Assembly (NCBI GenBank): GCA_963726745.1
Contig: CAVSDR010000006.1
Span: forward strand, 704,001-768,000
Direction of reading: 5' to 3'
Length of the DNA stretch: 64,000 nt
Source: an uncultured Verrucomicrobiae bacterium
GTDB lineage: Bacteria > Verrucomicrobiota > Verrucomicrobiia > Chthoniobacterales > UBA10450
Part shown: positions 34,362-43,815 of the stretch, piece by piece
Layout: every line of letters starts with the position of its first letter
Numbering within the stretch: the stretch's first letter is position 1
Position numbers and translations under genes: made by a program
The notes under the pieces: generated by a model
What the model was told of the DNA's origin: nothing
Seen by the model: only the letters and a program-made list of their open reading frames with translations
The model's database searches: none

Positions 34362-34485
34362 GCCTAACGAGAACAAGATGAGCGACGGCGGACGAGAGCG
34401 CGCGTCGCTCGGAGTGGAAGGGTGGAAGTCATCTCAAAAGTGGCGCGCAGAGCGGTCCGCCGTTCGCTCCATCGCATGGTTAGAT
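34362..34485 (-). repeat. attC site (family A)
   Basis: Same repeat family. Confidence 0.9.
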
Positions 34486-34832
34486 GGTTGGCGTGCACGG
34501 AGTAGTGGCTCTGTCACGCCGATCACGAAAGCGGCAAAGCTGATAATAAAGGCGCCGAGAGCCAGAAAAAGGAAAACTCCGCATGACCGTGAGCGCAGAT
34601 CGTTTGCAACCTGCGTGTGACGGAAGTGACGAGCCCAAGACCCGCAATACTCGGCGAAGCCAGCAGCACACAGCGACCAAAACCATGCGCAGCGCTGTAA
34701 GCGCAGCAATGCGAAGGAATACGGATGCAACTCGACGGCAGGCTGCCCGGACAAGATGTGCGAGGTAAACTGCGAGAGCCACGAGCAAAAGCGGCGAAGA
34801 TCGCAGCGAACAGAATCTCTTGCGCGCTTTCC

Positions 34833-34955
34833 ATCTAACGAGAACAAGATGAGCGACGGCGGACGAGAGCGCGCGTCGCTCGGAGTGGAACGGTGGAAAT
34901 CATCTTCAATGTGAACGCACAACGGTCCGCCGTTCGCTCCATCGCCTGGTTAGGC
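34833..34955 (-). repeat. attC site (family A)
   Basis: Same repeat family. Confidence 0.9.
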
Positions 34956-35462
34956 GGTTCGCGCCGCATGCGAGTGAAGCTCTGATCTAAGGCGCTGAAA
35001 AAACGTCGGAATAAGCTCTCGATCAGGAGACTTCCATTTCCGTCGTTCTGCTCCCTCAACATATCTGGTCGCGGTCATCGGCACGACATAACGTCCGGCC
35101 CACTTCAGATATTCTTGCAGCCGTATCAGCAAGTCCAGCTCAGCGTCAGATACGGTGGTTACGCGACGCACATATTGGCTGAGGCCGTGACCACCATCCT
35201 CTCGGAGAGTTTGCCAATCAATCCCCTGTGCCACTGCCAATCCCTTGATCACGCCTTCGAAGGCGAGCGCGGTCAGAAGCATGAACGAATGCATAAACGC
35301 GAGTTGCTGCTCCCGAATCCCCGGAAGACTAGGATGCTGCGCTCGAGCTTCCATGAAGCGTGGAAAGATGACTTCGGCGGACATGAAGGCGCCCTCAGCC
35401 TGCTCCGACCACGCAAGCGAATCGCTTTCAACGATGCTGTAGATGGACGCTGGATCAGCCAC
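34950..35462 (-). CDS. cassette protein, HEPN-like helical fold
   Basis: LAFEGVIKG...GHGL...LQEYLKWAGRY pattern; stop codon lies in the attC R'' box. Confidence 0.6.
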   Translation of the reverse strand: MADPASIYSIVESDSLAWSEQAEGAFMSAEVIFPRFMEARAQHPSLPGIREQQLAFMHSFMLLTALAFEGVIKGLAVAQGIDWQTLREDGGHGLSQYVRRVTTVSDAELDLLIRLQEYLKWAGRYVVPMTATRYVEGAERRKWKSPDRELIPTFFQRLRSELHSHAARTA

Positions 35463-35472
35463 GACGCTTACC

Positions 35473-35575
35473 GCCTAACGACCCCAAGCTCAGCGACGGC
35501 GGAGGGACGGCGCGTCGGCTGCGCAAGCAGCCGGCGTGACGGCCCGGAGCAGTTCGCTGCAGCGCATGGTTCGGC
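35473..35575 (-). repeat. attC site (divergent, R'' = GCCGAAC)
   Basis: GCCGAAC..GCTGCAGC..GCTGAGC-TTGGGGTC-GTTAGGC. Confidence 0.85.
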
Positions 35576-35596
35576 AACGTTGGGTTCATTGGTGAC

Positions 35597-35926
35597 TCAC
35601 GGACCTGGGCCATAACGGTAGCCTGACATGGTGAGCACCGCACCGGCGACAACTGCGAGAAGCGCGAACAGAATGAAGCGGTAGAACGGATAGGTGTCTC
35701 TGCGAAAGAGTGCGACGCAGCCGAGAATGAATGTAATAGCTGCAAGCGGGAGCAAGACGACTCGGAAGAACATAGCTGCAATAAAGAAGACGTTCTGGCC
35801 GGATGCCGACGGTGGCAAAAGCACCGTCACGGCGATGACTCCGAATGGAATCGTGAGCATAGGCAACAACACGCAAAATGGCGCACGTCTCCGGCCGGAG
35901 CCTGAGTTAATCGTGGTTTCGGGCAT
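35597..35926 (-). CDS. cassette membrane protein (about 3 TM)
   Basis: Hydrophobic ORF filling the cassette. Confidence 0.6.
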   Translation of the reverse strand: MPETTINSGSGRRRAPFCVLLPMLTIPFGVIAVTVLLPPSASGQNVFFIAAMFFRVVLLPLAAITFILGCVALFRRDTYPFYRFILFALLAVVAGAVLTMSGYRYGPGP

Positions 35927-35940
35927 ACGCGTGGCTAGTC

Positions 35941-36063
35941 GCCGAACGAGAACAAGATCAGCTACCCTCGGAGCACGGCGCGACGGCTGCTCCGGTAGGT
36001 TCTGCGGGCTTGCAGCAGCCGGCGTGACGTGCGGAGAGGGTTAGCTGCATCGCATGGTTAGGC
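35941..36063 (-). repeat. attC site (divergent, R' = GTTCGGC)
   Basis: GCCTAAC..GATGCAGC..GCTGATC-TTGTTCTC-GTTCGGC. Confidence 0.85.
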
Positions 36064-36076
36064 GCTTTCGGGCGAT

Positions 36077-36616
36077 TCACTTCCTCTTGGTAGAAAGGCT
36101 CGCGAGACGGTCAGTCAGGCTAACAATTGCCTGAGCCATAAAGGGAGCGGCATCGCCACTCAGCATGCTGCTTATCTTGGTGGTTGCCTTTCCGGCTGCG
36201 GCGGCGTCTTGCGGAGGAGCACCGGCTGCTGTTGCGCCAGCAGCGATGATATATCCCCAAGGGTTTTTACCTTTTGCAGGTGTAACTGTAGACTGTGTCT
36301 TCCCCGCTTTTGCGGTAAATGAAACTAAGATGTGGTCGGCAGGACGCTTTTTGAATGGGCCCGCTTTATACAGGTGGGTTAGCGTAAATGTGCCAGTAAT
36401 AGTTCTTCCGTTTTTATCCGGATAGGCGTTCATAACCACGTTCTCTAAGCGAAGGTCATGATTCGCCCGCTTGAAGTCAAATTTTCCATCACCGGCCTTC
36501 TTCACCGTCCCGAGAGCGGGTGTTAAAGCAGTTGCCGCAATTGGTGTATCGGCGAGGCAAATGGATGCAAAAGCCAAAATGGCCGAGCAGGTAACAAATG
36601 TAGTGTATTTATTCAT
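36077..36616 (-). CDS. cassette secreted hypothetical protein (AT-richer than host)
   Basis: Signal peptide MNKYTTFV...CLA; intact ORF. Confidence 0.7.
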   Translation of the reverse strand: MNKYTTFVTCSAILAFASICLADTPIAATALTPALGTVKKAGDGKFDFKRANHDLRLENVVMNAYPDKNGRTITGTFTLTHLYKAGPFKKRPADHILVSFTAKAGKTQSTVTPAKGKNPWGYIIAAGATAAGAPPQDAAAAGKATTKISSMLSGDAAPFMAQAIVSLTDRLASLSTKRK

Positions 36617-36673
36617 GATGTTGATGTTTGGATTGGTTATTGGTGTGTTCTATTAAGAGTGGGACGAGGAAGC

Positions 36674-36796
36674 GCCTAACGAGAACAAGATCAGCGACCG
36701 CGGGCGAGGGCGCGCGTCGCAAACACGAGAGGGGTTGGAATCATGGAAAGTGTGAACGCAGAGCGGCCCGCGGTTCGCTGCATCGCCTGGTTAGAT
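36674..36796 (-). repeat. attC site (family B)
   Basis: ATCTAAC..GATGCAGCGAACCGCGGGC..GCCCGCGGTCGCTGATC-TTGTTCTC-GTTAGGC. Confidence 0.9.
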
Positions 36797-37240
36797 GCGT
36801 TGCGTGGCATCGCTGACGATCATCGGTGAGTTCGCGCCTGCAACGAGTTGATCGCCGAAGCCGACTTTGGCGAGCTGCCTCGACTCGACCGGACATGACT
36901 CGATGCCTTCGACGACGACACGCAGTAGCCTGTCGCAATGTCTGTACGAATCGAGCTGCAGACTGCGACCTGCTGCCGAAGCGATCGCCGCTCGTCGGCG
37001 AGCCGGACGATAACATCAGTAGCGAGCGCGTCGATCGCCGCGACCGCGAACGCGAATGTGCGGCAGCATCCATCGTGCGCAGCGCGATCGTGACAGACTG
37101 CGGAGACGCTCGAGCAACGCTCGAGCAGTCGCAGCGAGCCGTCGATCATGCTGTCGAGCTGCAACGCACGCGCCAAATGCGCAAGCGATGCACGTGCAGT
37201 AGCGCATGCGTGAGCGCGATGAGCGATGCGCTCATGCAGC

Positions 37241-37364
37241 ATCTAACGAGAACAAGATGAGCGACGGCGGACGAGGGCGCGCGTCGCTCGGAGTGGAAGG
37301 GTGGAAGTCATCTCAAAAGTGGAGCGCACAGCGGTCCGCCGTTCGCTCCATCGCATGGTTAGAG
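37241..37364 (-). repeat. attC site (family A)
   Basis: Same repeat family. Confidence 0.9.
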
Positions 37365-37765
37365 CCTTGCGTCGTGAGCGATCATGCATCGCGAACTTGC
37401 TGCGATCTCCGACGCAGCGTCGGAACAGCTAGCGTGTCCGCCAGACGTGCAGCACTGCCGCCAGATCGACGCTCGGCTCGAACGAGTCGAAACTCCGCGA
37501 CAATGCGCGAAGCTCGCGATGATCGAGCGAGCTCGATCTCGCGAATCGTGTGAACGCGCCGACGCACCGAGGGTTGCGCGATCGAAGCTCGACGCGGATC
37601 GCACGCGTGCGACTCGCGCGACGTGCCGCGTGATGCGCAGCGCGATGACTGAACGACGATCGTGCCGAGCAGACGCGAACGCAGCGACCGCTCGCACGAC
37701 GATGCGCGCGAACGCACGGCAGTGAACCGCGCGATCGCACGTCGATGACGCGAGCGCGTTCATAG

Positions 37766-37889
37766 GCCTAACGAGAACAAGATGAGCGACGGCGGACGAG
37801 GGCGCGCGTCGCTCGGAGTGGAAGTGTGGAAGTCATCTCAAAAGTGGAGCGCACAGCGGTCCGCCGTTCGCTCCATCGCATGGTTAGAT
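37766..37889 (-). repeat. attC site (family A)
   Basis: Same repeat family. Confidence 0.9.
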
Positions 37890-38245
37890 GCTTGCGTGTG
37901 CACGCGATGCGCATGTCGAGAAGCTCATCGATCGGCGTCTGCATGACGATCCATGCGTCGAAGCATCTGCCGAATGCGCGGCGATGACGTGACGACAGCG
38001 CGATCGCTGGCGAGTCGCTGCGCACGACAGCGTGCGAGACATGCTCGGCGACGTGCGCGAGCATGAAGCGCACGCATGCCGGCATCCGTGAGCGCGATGC
38101 GCAGAGTCGACGCCGACTGCGCACTGCCGGTGCGACCGCACGATGCGAGCACTCGCGCGGCCAGCGAGATCGACTCGATGCCGCAGCGACGCGCAGCACA
38201 TACGTCGCAGCGCTGATCGGCGATGCGATACGAGTGCGCTCATAC

Positions 38246-38368
38246 ATCTAACGAGAACAAGATCAGCGACCGCGGGCGAGGGCGCGCGTCGCAAACACGA
38301 GAGGGGTTGGAATCATGGAAAGTGTGATCGCAGAGCGGCCCGCGGTTCGCTGCATCGCCTGGTTAGAT
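38246..38368 (-). repeat. attC site (family B)
   Basis: Near-identical to 36674. Confidence 0.9.
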
Positions 38369-38731
38369 GCTTAAGCGCGCCATCGAAAGAGTTCTGCGAT
38401 GACGATCCACTTCTTTTCTGAGGAAACCATAGCCGTAGCAATCGTGATACGCTGTGGACCGCAGAACATCAATGCCAAAAGTGTCGGTGTCGGGGTGCGT
38501 GACGAATGTCCCACTGACTTCGCGTCCAGATCGCGGACTGCTCAATCGCGGCGACGTATCGGAGCACAGTTGTGAGAGCCGAGCGACGATAAGCGCTGCG
38601 ATCGTCGCGATACTTCGTCCAGCGCAGCGATGACTGATGTCGCCGCGCGGAATATCGCGATGACGACGCATAGCAGCCGGCGAGAACTGAGCGAAGCAGT
38701 CCGAGCAGCAGGCGAGTCGCGATGCTCAGCG

Positions 38732-38855
38732 ATCTAACGAGAACAAGATGAGCGACGGCGGACGAGGGCGCGCGTCGCTCGGAGTGGAAGTGTGGAAGTC
38801 ATCTCAAAAGTGGAGCGCAGAGCGGTCCGCCGTTCGCTCCATCGCATGGTTAGAT
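38732..38855 (-). repeat. attC site (family A)
   Basis: Same repeat family. Confidence 0.9.
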
Positions 38856-39204
38856 GCTTGGGCGTCGCATCAGCGCGAGCTCATCGGCAGACGCGATCGA
38901 ATCGCCGCGAGCTCGCGACGTCATCGAGCAAGCGGCAGATCGCGAACGCAGACGCACGTCGCAGTCCGAAACTCGCCATGCGTGAAGCTCGCGAGATCGC
39001 CGTCGAGCGATCTGCTGCCGGCGAGATGCTCGAGCACGACGCATCGGCTGAAGCGCACGACTGTCGCGATCGATCGCATGCCGCATGCCGCAGCGACCGC
39101 TCGAGCGGCACGCTATCGATGAGCCGCACAGCGCATGCCGAGCGACGCCAGACGCAGCCGCGAATCGGCGACTGCGATGCGATAGGCTGCGAGCGCGCAT
39201 CAGC

Positions 39205-39328
39205 ATCTAACGAGAACAAGATCAGCGACCGCGGGCGAGGGCGCGCGTCGCAAACACGGGTGGGGTTGGAAGTCATGGAAAGTGTGAACGCAGAGCGGCC
39301 CGCGGTTCGCTGCATCGCCTGGTTAGAT
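39205..39328 (-). repeat. attC site (family B)
   Basis: Same repeat family. Confidence 0.9.
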
Positions 39329-39724
39329 GCTTGCGTGCGATCGCATTCGAGCACGATCCGCGATGCATCGCAGTCACCGAACTGCTGTGCCAACGGCGAT
39401 CCAGAATCGTGAATGCGCTCCGCGAACATGCGTCAGAGCCGCAACAGATGCTTCGCTGTCGAGACGACGCGCATCGCGACATCGACCGACTCGTCAGCGT
39501 GAGGCAGAGTGCCATCGAGACAGCCATCGTGGATCCGAGACGTGCGATCCGAGGCGTCGCACGAATCGCGAGCGTCGCGGTAGCTCAGCCGAACGAGCTG
39601 CCGCTGACGCCCGACTCGCAGATGTACCGCGATCGCGGCGCGCTCGACATGCGCTGCCACGCGCAGCGCATGCTGACGACGGACGAGCGTGATCGCAGCG
39701 ATGACGCATGAGCGTGCGCACAGC

Positions 39725-39843
39725 ATCTAACGAGACCCAAGATCAGCGACCGCCGAGGGCGCGTATGGCTGCTGGTTGAAGGTGGAAGTCACGGAAAGTA
39801 GGAACGCGGAGCGGTGGCGGTTCGCTGCATCGCATGGTTAGGT
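39725..39843 (-). repeat. attC site (B-related)
   Basis: ACCTAAC..GATGCAGCGAACCGC..GCGGTCGCTGATC-TTGGGTCTC-GTTAGAT. Confidence 0.85.
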
Positions 39844-40078
39844 GCGAGCGTGGCCTCGCCACCAGCGTGGCACGTGACCGCCCGCAGTGAACGCATCCTG
39901 TCGGCAAAAGAGCCAGCAACCTGAAGCCGAACGTCGACTGACGCTCCCCTGCTCTGCTCCCGTGCGCGTCGCCATCGTCCTGCGCTTTCTGCAAAATGCT
40001 GTTCGCTCGGCGAGCCACTGCACCGCTCGACGTCCGCCCGGAGAAATTAGCCAGCAACTTCATCGCGACGGTCTCAGC

Positions 40079-40202
40079 ACCTAACGAGAACAAGATCAGC
40101 GACCGCGGGCGAGGGCGCGCGTCGCAAGCACGTGGAGGGGTGGAAGTCATGGAAAGTGTGAACGCAGAGCGGCCCGCGGTTCGCTGCATCGCCTGGTTAG
40201 GC
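40079..40202 (-). repeat. attC site (family B)
   Basis: Same repeat family; R' = GTTAGGT. Confidence 0.9.
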
Positions 40203-40770
40203 CTATTCGCGTGACTTAGCAGAAGCGCGAGTGATAATGTGACGTTGCAGCCCTCGCGACTCGCGTGCCGCACCAGCCTGAGAATAGTTGTAATCGCCCG
40301 CGTCGTAGCCTCGATTCGGATGCTCGGCATAGCTCTGTCAAGCCTGGACAAACAGCCTCTCGCTCGATCCTGGTTGACCAGATGTCACTACGCGGTGGCC
40401 ATCAGTAGCGCTGTGGCGCAGCCACGTCTCATCGGCCACGCGCCTAATCTTCCGACAAAAGCGTCCACCAGAAGCGCCATCCGGTAGCGTCTGAAAGACG
40501 GTAGCGCAGAAAGATCTTCTCGGGCGCTACTGGATCGACAAGAAAGTGAGAGGCCAAGACGGGTTGAGAGAAGAAGTCGGCGATTCCGCGGAGTAGCGCG
40601 CACGTTGCAGCGGCGCACGCTGTCGGCTAGTGCGCTGCCGGGAATCGGAAGCTAGCGAGGATGACGAATCCAACGCTTGCTGCCTCGCAGCGTCTTCGAC
40701 CGTGCCGCCGAGCTGCCGAGATCAGAATGACGGAAAGGAAAAATAACGCGAGCATGATGTTCGCATCCAG

Positions 40771-40893
40771 GCCTAACGAGACACAAGATCAGCGACCGCT
40801 GGCGAGGGCGCGCGTGGCTGCAGGTGGAATGTGGAAGTCATCGAAAGCTAGAACGCGGAGCGGCCAGCGGTTCGCTGCATCGCCTGGTTAGGC
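40771..40893 (-). repeat. attC site (B-related)
   Basis: GCCTAAC..GATGCAGCGAACCGCTGGC..GCCAGCGGTCGCTGATC..GTTAGGC. Confidence 0.88.
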
Positions 40894-41266
40894 GTTGGTG
40901 TGGGATCGAAGGAGTCTCTCGTCGTCCCCGGGTAATACTTCAGCAAGAGGTCGTGAACGCGAAAGAATGAACCGAAAGCAGCGAGTAGTGATACAGCAAG
41001 TTTCCATGAGACGGTGGCGATGCAGAAACCTGCAGCAGCGCCAAGCAGAAGCCCAATATGAAAACCGTGCTCGGCGGAGCGGGACTCTGAAGCAATGTCG
41101 CCCAGGCCGCGAATCATGCGAGGGATCGCGCAGAGGATGCCGACGAGAACGAGGCCGTAGACAACACTTAGGGCGATGGCGACCTTCCGATTGGCTTTTG
41201 TCTGGCGGCAGATGCGCTCGACGAACTCATCGTCGGTGAGTGTGCGGCGGCGAAAACTGGAGCATG
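40894..41266 (-). CDS. first cassette: small membrane protein (frameshifted)
   Basis: ATG shortly after the attI-like core; hydrophobic stretch IGLLLGAAAGFCIATVSWKLAVSLL...LLKYY. Confidence 0.45.
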
Positions 41267-41280
41267 ACGTGTCGGCAGAC

Positions 41281-41298
41281 GCCTAACGAGAATTAGAC
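41281..41298 (-). other. attI-like recombination site
   Basis: Minus strand GTCTAAT-TCTC-GTTAGGC: core site with an inverted L-like box, no attC hairpin, at the head of the array. Confidence 0.65.
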
Positions 41299-41360
41299 GA
41301 AGGTTCGTCTTTAAAGGCGAACATTTTTTCGCCTATCAAACTTTTGGGGACTTCGAGTGA

Positions 41361-41714
41361 TCACTTTGCCGGGCGCTTGAAGATGGCGGCGCCTTCGCCG
41401 AGGGAGCAGAGTTCCCAGCCGGCGCGGCCTTGTTCGTTGAGGTAGGCTTCGAGGCGCGGGGCGTAGGCGTCGTAGAGGATCTTTTGCAGGTCGGCGGCGA
41501 TGGAGTAGAGGTCTTCGTGTTCCGCCGCCGGCGTGGGGGTGGGTGGCGGTTTTGGCTCGGGTGTTTTCTCGGGCGGCTCGCTCCTCCAGGCCTGGATGAG
41601 AGGGGCGAGGGAGACGACTTTGTATTCCCATTTCGTGGCCTGCGCGTGCGCCGGGCGCGGCGGCAAAAGCAGGGCGAGGGAGATGGCCAGGAGGAGGTTC
41701 GTTTTCCGGATCAT
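41361..41714 (-). CDS. small secreted DUF4177-like protein
   Basis: Signal peptide; KWEYKVV...LNEQGRAGWEL. Confidence 0.65.
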   Translation of the reverse strand: MIRKTNLLLAISLALLLPPRPAHAQATKWEYKVVSLAPLIQAWRSEPPEKTPEPKPPPTPTPAAEHEDLYSIAADLQKILYDAYAPRLEAYLNEQGRAGWELCSLGEGAAIFKRPAK

Positions 41715-41917
41715 CGGCGCGGAGGAAGGGGGTTTCTCGGCTTGGCTCCGGAGCTGGCGCCGTGGCGATTTCAGCCAAGGGGCGAGCGCCGGATGGACAC
41801 CGTTATAGGCACTCGGTCGGTCGGCGGCAACCGGGAAGGTGGATCCCTTCCCGCAAGGTTCCAGCAAAGCCGCCACCAAGAATCGTAAGTGGCTCGGGTT
41901 CAGGCGCGATGACGCCC

Positions 41918-42130
41918 AATCAGCGGCCGTTTACATCCGATCAGGGGCGATTTACGGCGGCTCAGGGACGGCTGACATCCGAGCAGGGCGCGATTACTTT
42001 CGCTCGGGGGCGGGTGACGTGGAATCAGGGGCGATGCGCAGGCGCGCAGCGGCGGGGCGCGGAGAATCGGGGGCGGTTGACGCTGGCTCTGGGGCGATTT
42101 GCGGGCGAGCGGCGGCGGATGACGGGGATC
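41918..42130 (+). repeat. degenerate 21-nt tandem repeat (about 10 units)
   Basis: Units such as GATCAGGGGCGATTTACGGCG / GCTCAGGGACGGCTGACATCC / AATCGGGGGCGGTTGACGCTG; translates as QGRFTAA-QGRLTSE-QGAITFA. Confidence 0.6.
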
Positions 42131-42250
42131 AAGGCCGGGTGGCGGCGGAGCGGCGACGAAGGACGCGCGCTCGGCGGCGGGGCGCGGGCGCTCGGCGGCC
42201 GGTGACGGTGGAGCAGCGGCGGATCGCGGCGGCGGGCGGGCGGCCGGCGG

Positions 42251-43799
42251 TCAGTGCGCGGTTTCGGCTTTTTCTGCGCCCAGGCCGGTGTTCGCGCGGA
42301 CGGTGAGCTCGGCGAATTTCGCTTCGGCCGAAGGCTCGCGGGTGAGGATGGTCCCGAGCCAGGCGCCGAGGAAACCGAGCGGGATGCTGACGATGCCGGG
42401 GTTCTTGAGCGGGAAGAGCGGGTGCGTCTGGAAATCGGGGCTGAGGAGGATGAGGACGATGCTGGAGACGAGGCCCACGGCGAGACCGGCGACGGCGCCG
42501 GTGGTGTTGAAGCGCTTCCAGAAGATCGAGAAAATGATCACCGGCAAGTTGGCGCTCGCGGCCACGGCAAAGGCGAGGCCGACGAGGAAGGCGACGTTCA
42601 CTTTCGGCCCGAGGAGGATGGCGATGACGATCGGCGAGCGCGCCGACGACGAAGGCGGTGATGCGGGCGACGCGCACTTCCGCGCCGGGGCGGTGTTCCT
42701 TCCCGTGATGGAGCACGTTGGTAAAGAAGTCGTGCGCAAAGCTGGTGCTGGCGCTGATGGTGAGACCGGCCACGACCGCGAGGATGGTGGCAAAAGCGAC
42801 CGCGCTGATGAAGGCGAAGAAGACTTCGCCGCCGAGCATCCGCGCGAGCTCAGGCGCGGCCATGTTCGTGCCGCCATGGAGCTTCATGTGGTCCGGCCCG
42901 AGGAGGGTGGCCGCGCCGAAGCCGAAGAAGGTGGTCATGATGTAGAACAAGCCGATCAGGACCATCGCCCAGACGACACTGGTGCGGGCGGTCTTGGCAT
43001 CGGGCACGGTGTAGAAGCGGATGAGGATATGCGGCAAGCCGGCGGTGCCGAAGACGAGGGCCAGGCCTAACGAGATCTGGTCGAGCGGATTCTTGAAGAG
43101 CAGGCCGGGGGTGAGGAAATTGCGCGTCACCGGGAGGCCATCGGCGCCGGTGCAGGTGACGGCGCTCACCGCCTGGAAGAAGCTCGTTAGGCTAAAGTTG
43201 AACCGGCTCATCACGAGCACGCTCAGGAAAAGGCTGCCGCTCATGAGCAGGACCGCCTTGACGATTTGCACCCAGGTGGTCGCGAGCATCCCGCCGAAAA
43301 CCACGTAGACGACCATGAGCACGCCCACGCCGATGACCGCGACCTCGTAGCTCACCCCGGGGATAAGCTGCCTAACGAGAGTGCCGGCGCCGACCATCTG
43401 CGCGATCATGTAAAAGATCGAGACCGTGAGCGTGGAGAGCGCGGCCATGGCGCGCACCGGCCGCTCTTTCAGCCGATAGGCGAGCACGTCGGCCATGGTG
43501 TATTTGCCGGCGTTGCGCAGCGGCTCGGCCACGATGATGAGCACCGTGAGGTAGGCCACGAGGAAGCCGACGGAATACATGAAGCCGTCGTAGCCGTTGA
43601 GCGCGATCATTCCGGCGATGCCGAGAAAGCTGGCCGCGCTCATGTAATCGCCCGCGATCGCGAGGCCGTTTTGCCAGCCGGTAATCCGGCGGCCGGCGGC
43701 GAAGTAAGCGCTCGTCCCCTGGCTGCGGCGGGCGCTGAAGTAAGTGATGACCAGCGTGGCCGCGACGAAGGCCAGGAACATGAGCAGGGCGACGTTCAT
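42251..43799 (-). CDS. actP: cation/acetate symporter ActP (frameshift near 42640)
   Basis: [39 protein letters not shown]. Confidence 0.9.
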
Positions 43800-43815
43800 A
43801 GAAGTGGTCGGCTAA

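Larger units (their letters stand above)
32310..41300 (-). mobile_element. integron gene-cassette array without an adjacent integrase (CALIN-like): 16 full attC, 1 truncated attC, attI-like site, about 17 cassettes
   Basis: ~103-127 bp imperfect hairpins bounded by RYYTAAC...GTTRRRY, separated by ~220-750 bp spacers, many with single minus-strand ORFs. Confidence 0.92.

Noticed and set aside
32573..40893. CRISPR array
   Set aside because: Repeats are ~120 bp hairpins with RYYTAAC/GTTRRRY ends, spacers are hundreds of bp and often coding, and no cas genes are present. This is attC architecture.
32304..40900. Recurrent ORFs such as MSDGGRERASLGVE..., NQAMQRTAGR..., RRRSSCSR
   Set aside because: They are translations of the attC repeats themselves, not a protein family.
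41303..41324. LexA box at the array head
   Set aside because: GTTC and GAAC halves are present, but the 12-nt spacing does not fit the N4-spaced LexA boxes I know.
41300..42250. Integron integrase or remnant next to the attI-like site
   Set aside because: No tyrosine-recombinase motifs (R...HxxR...Y) recognisable in any listed frame.
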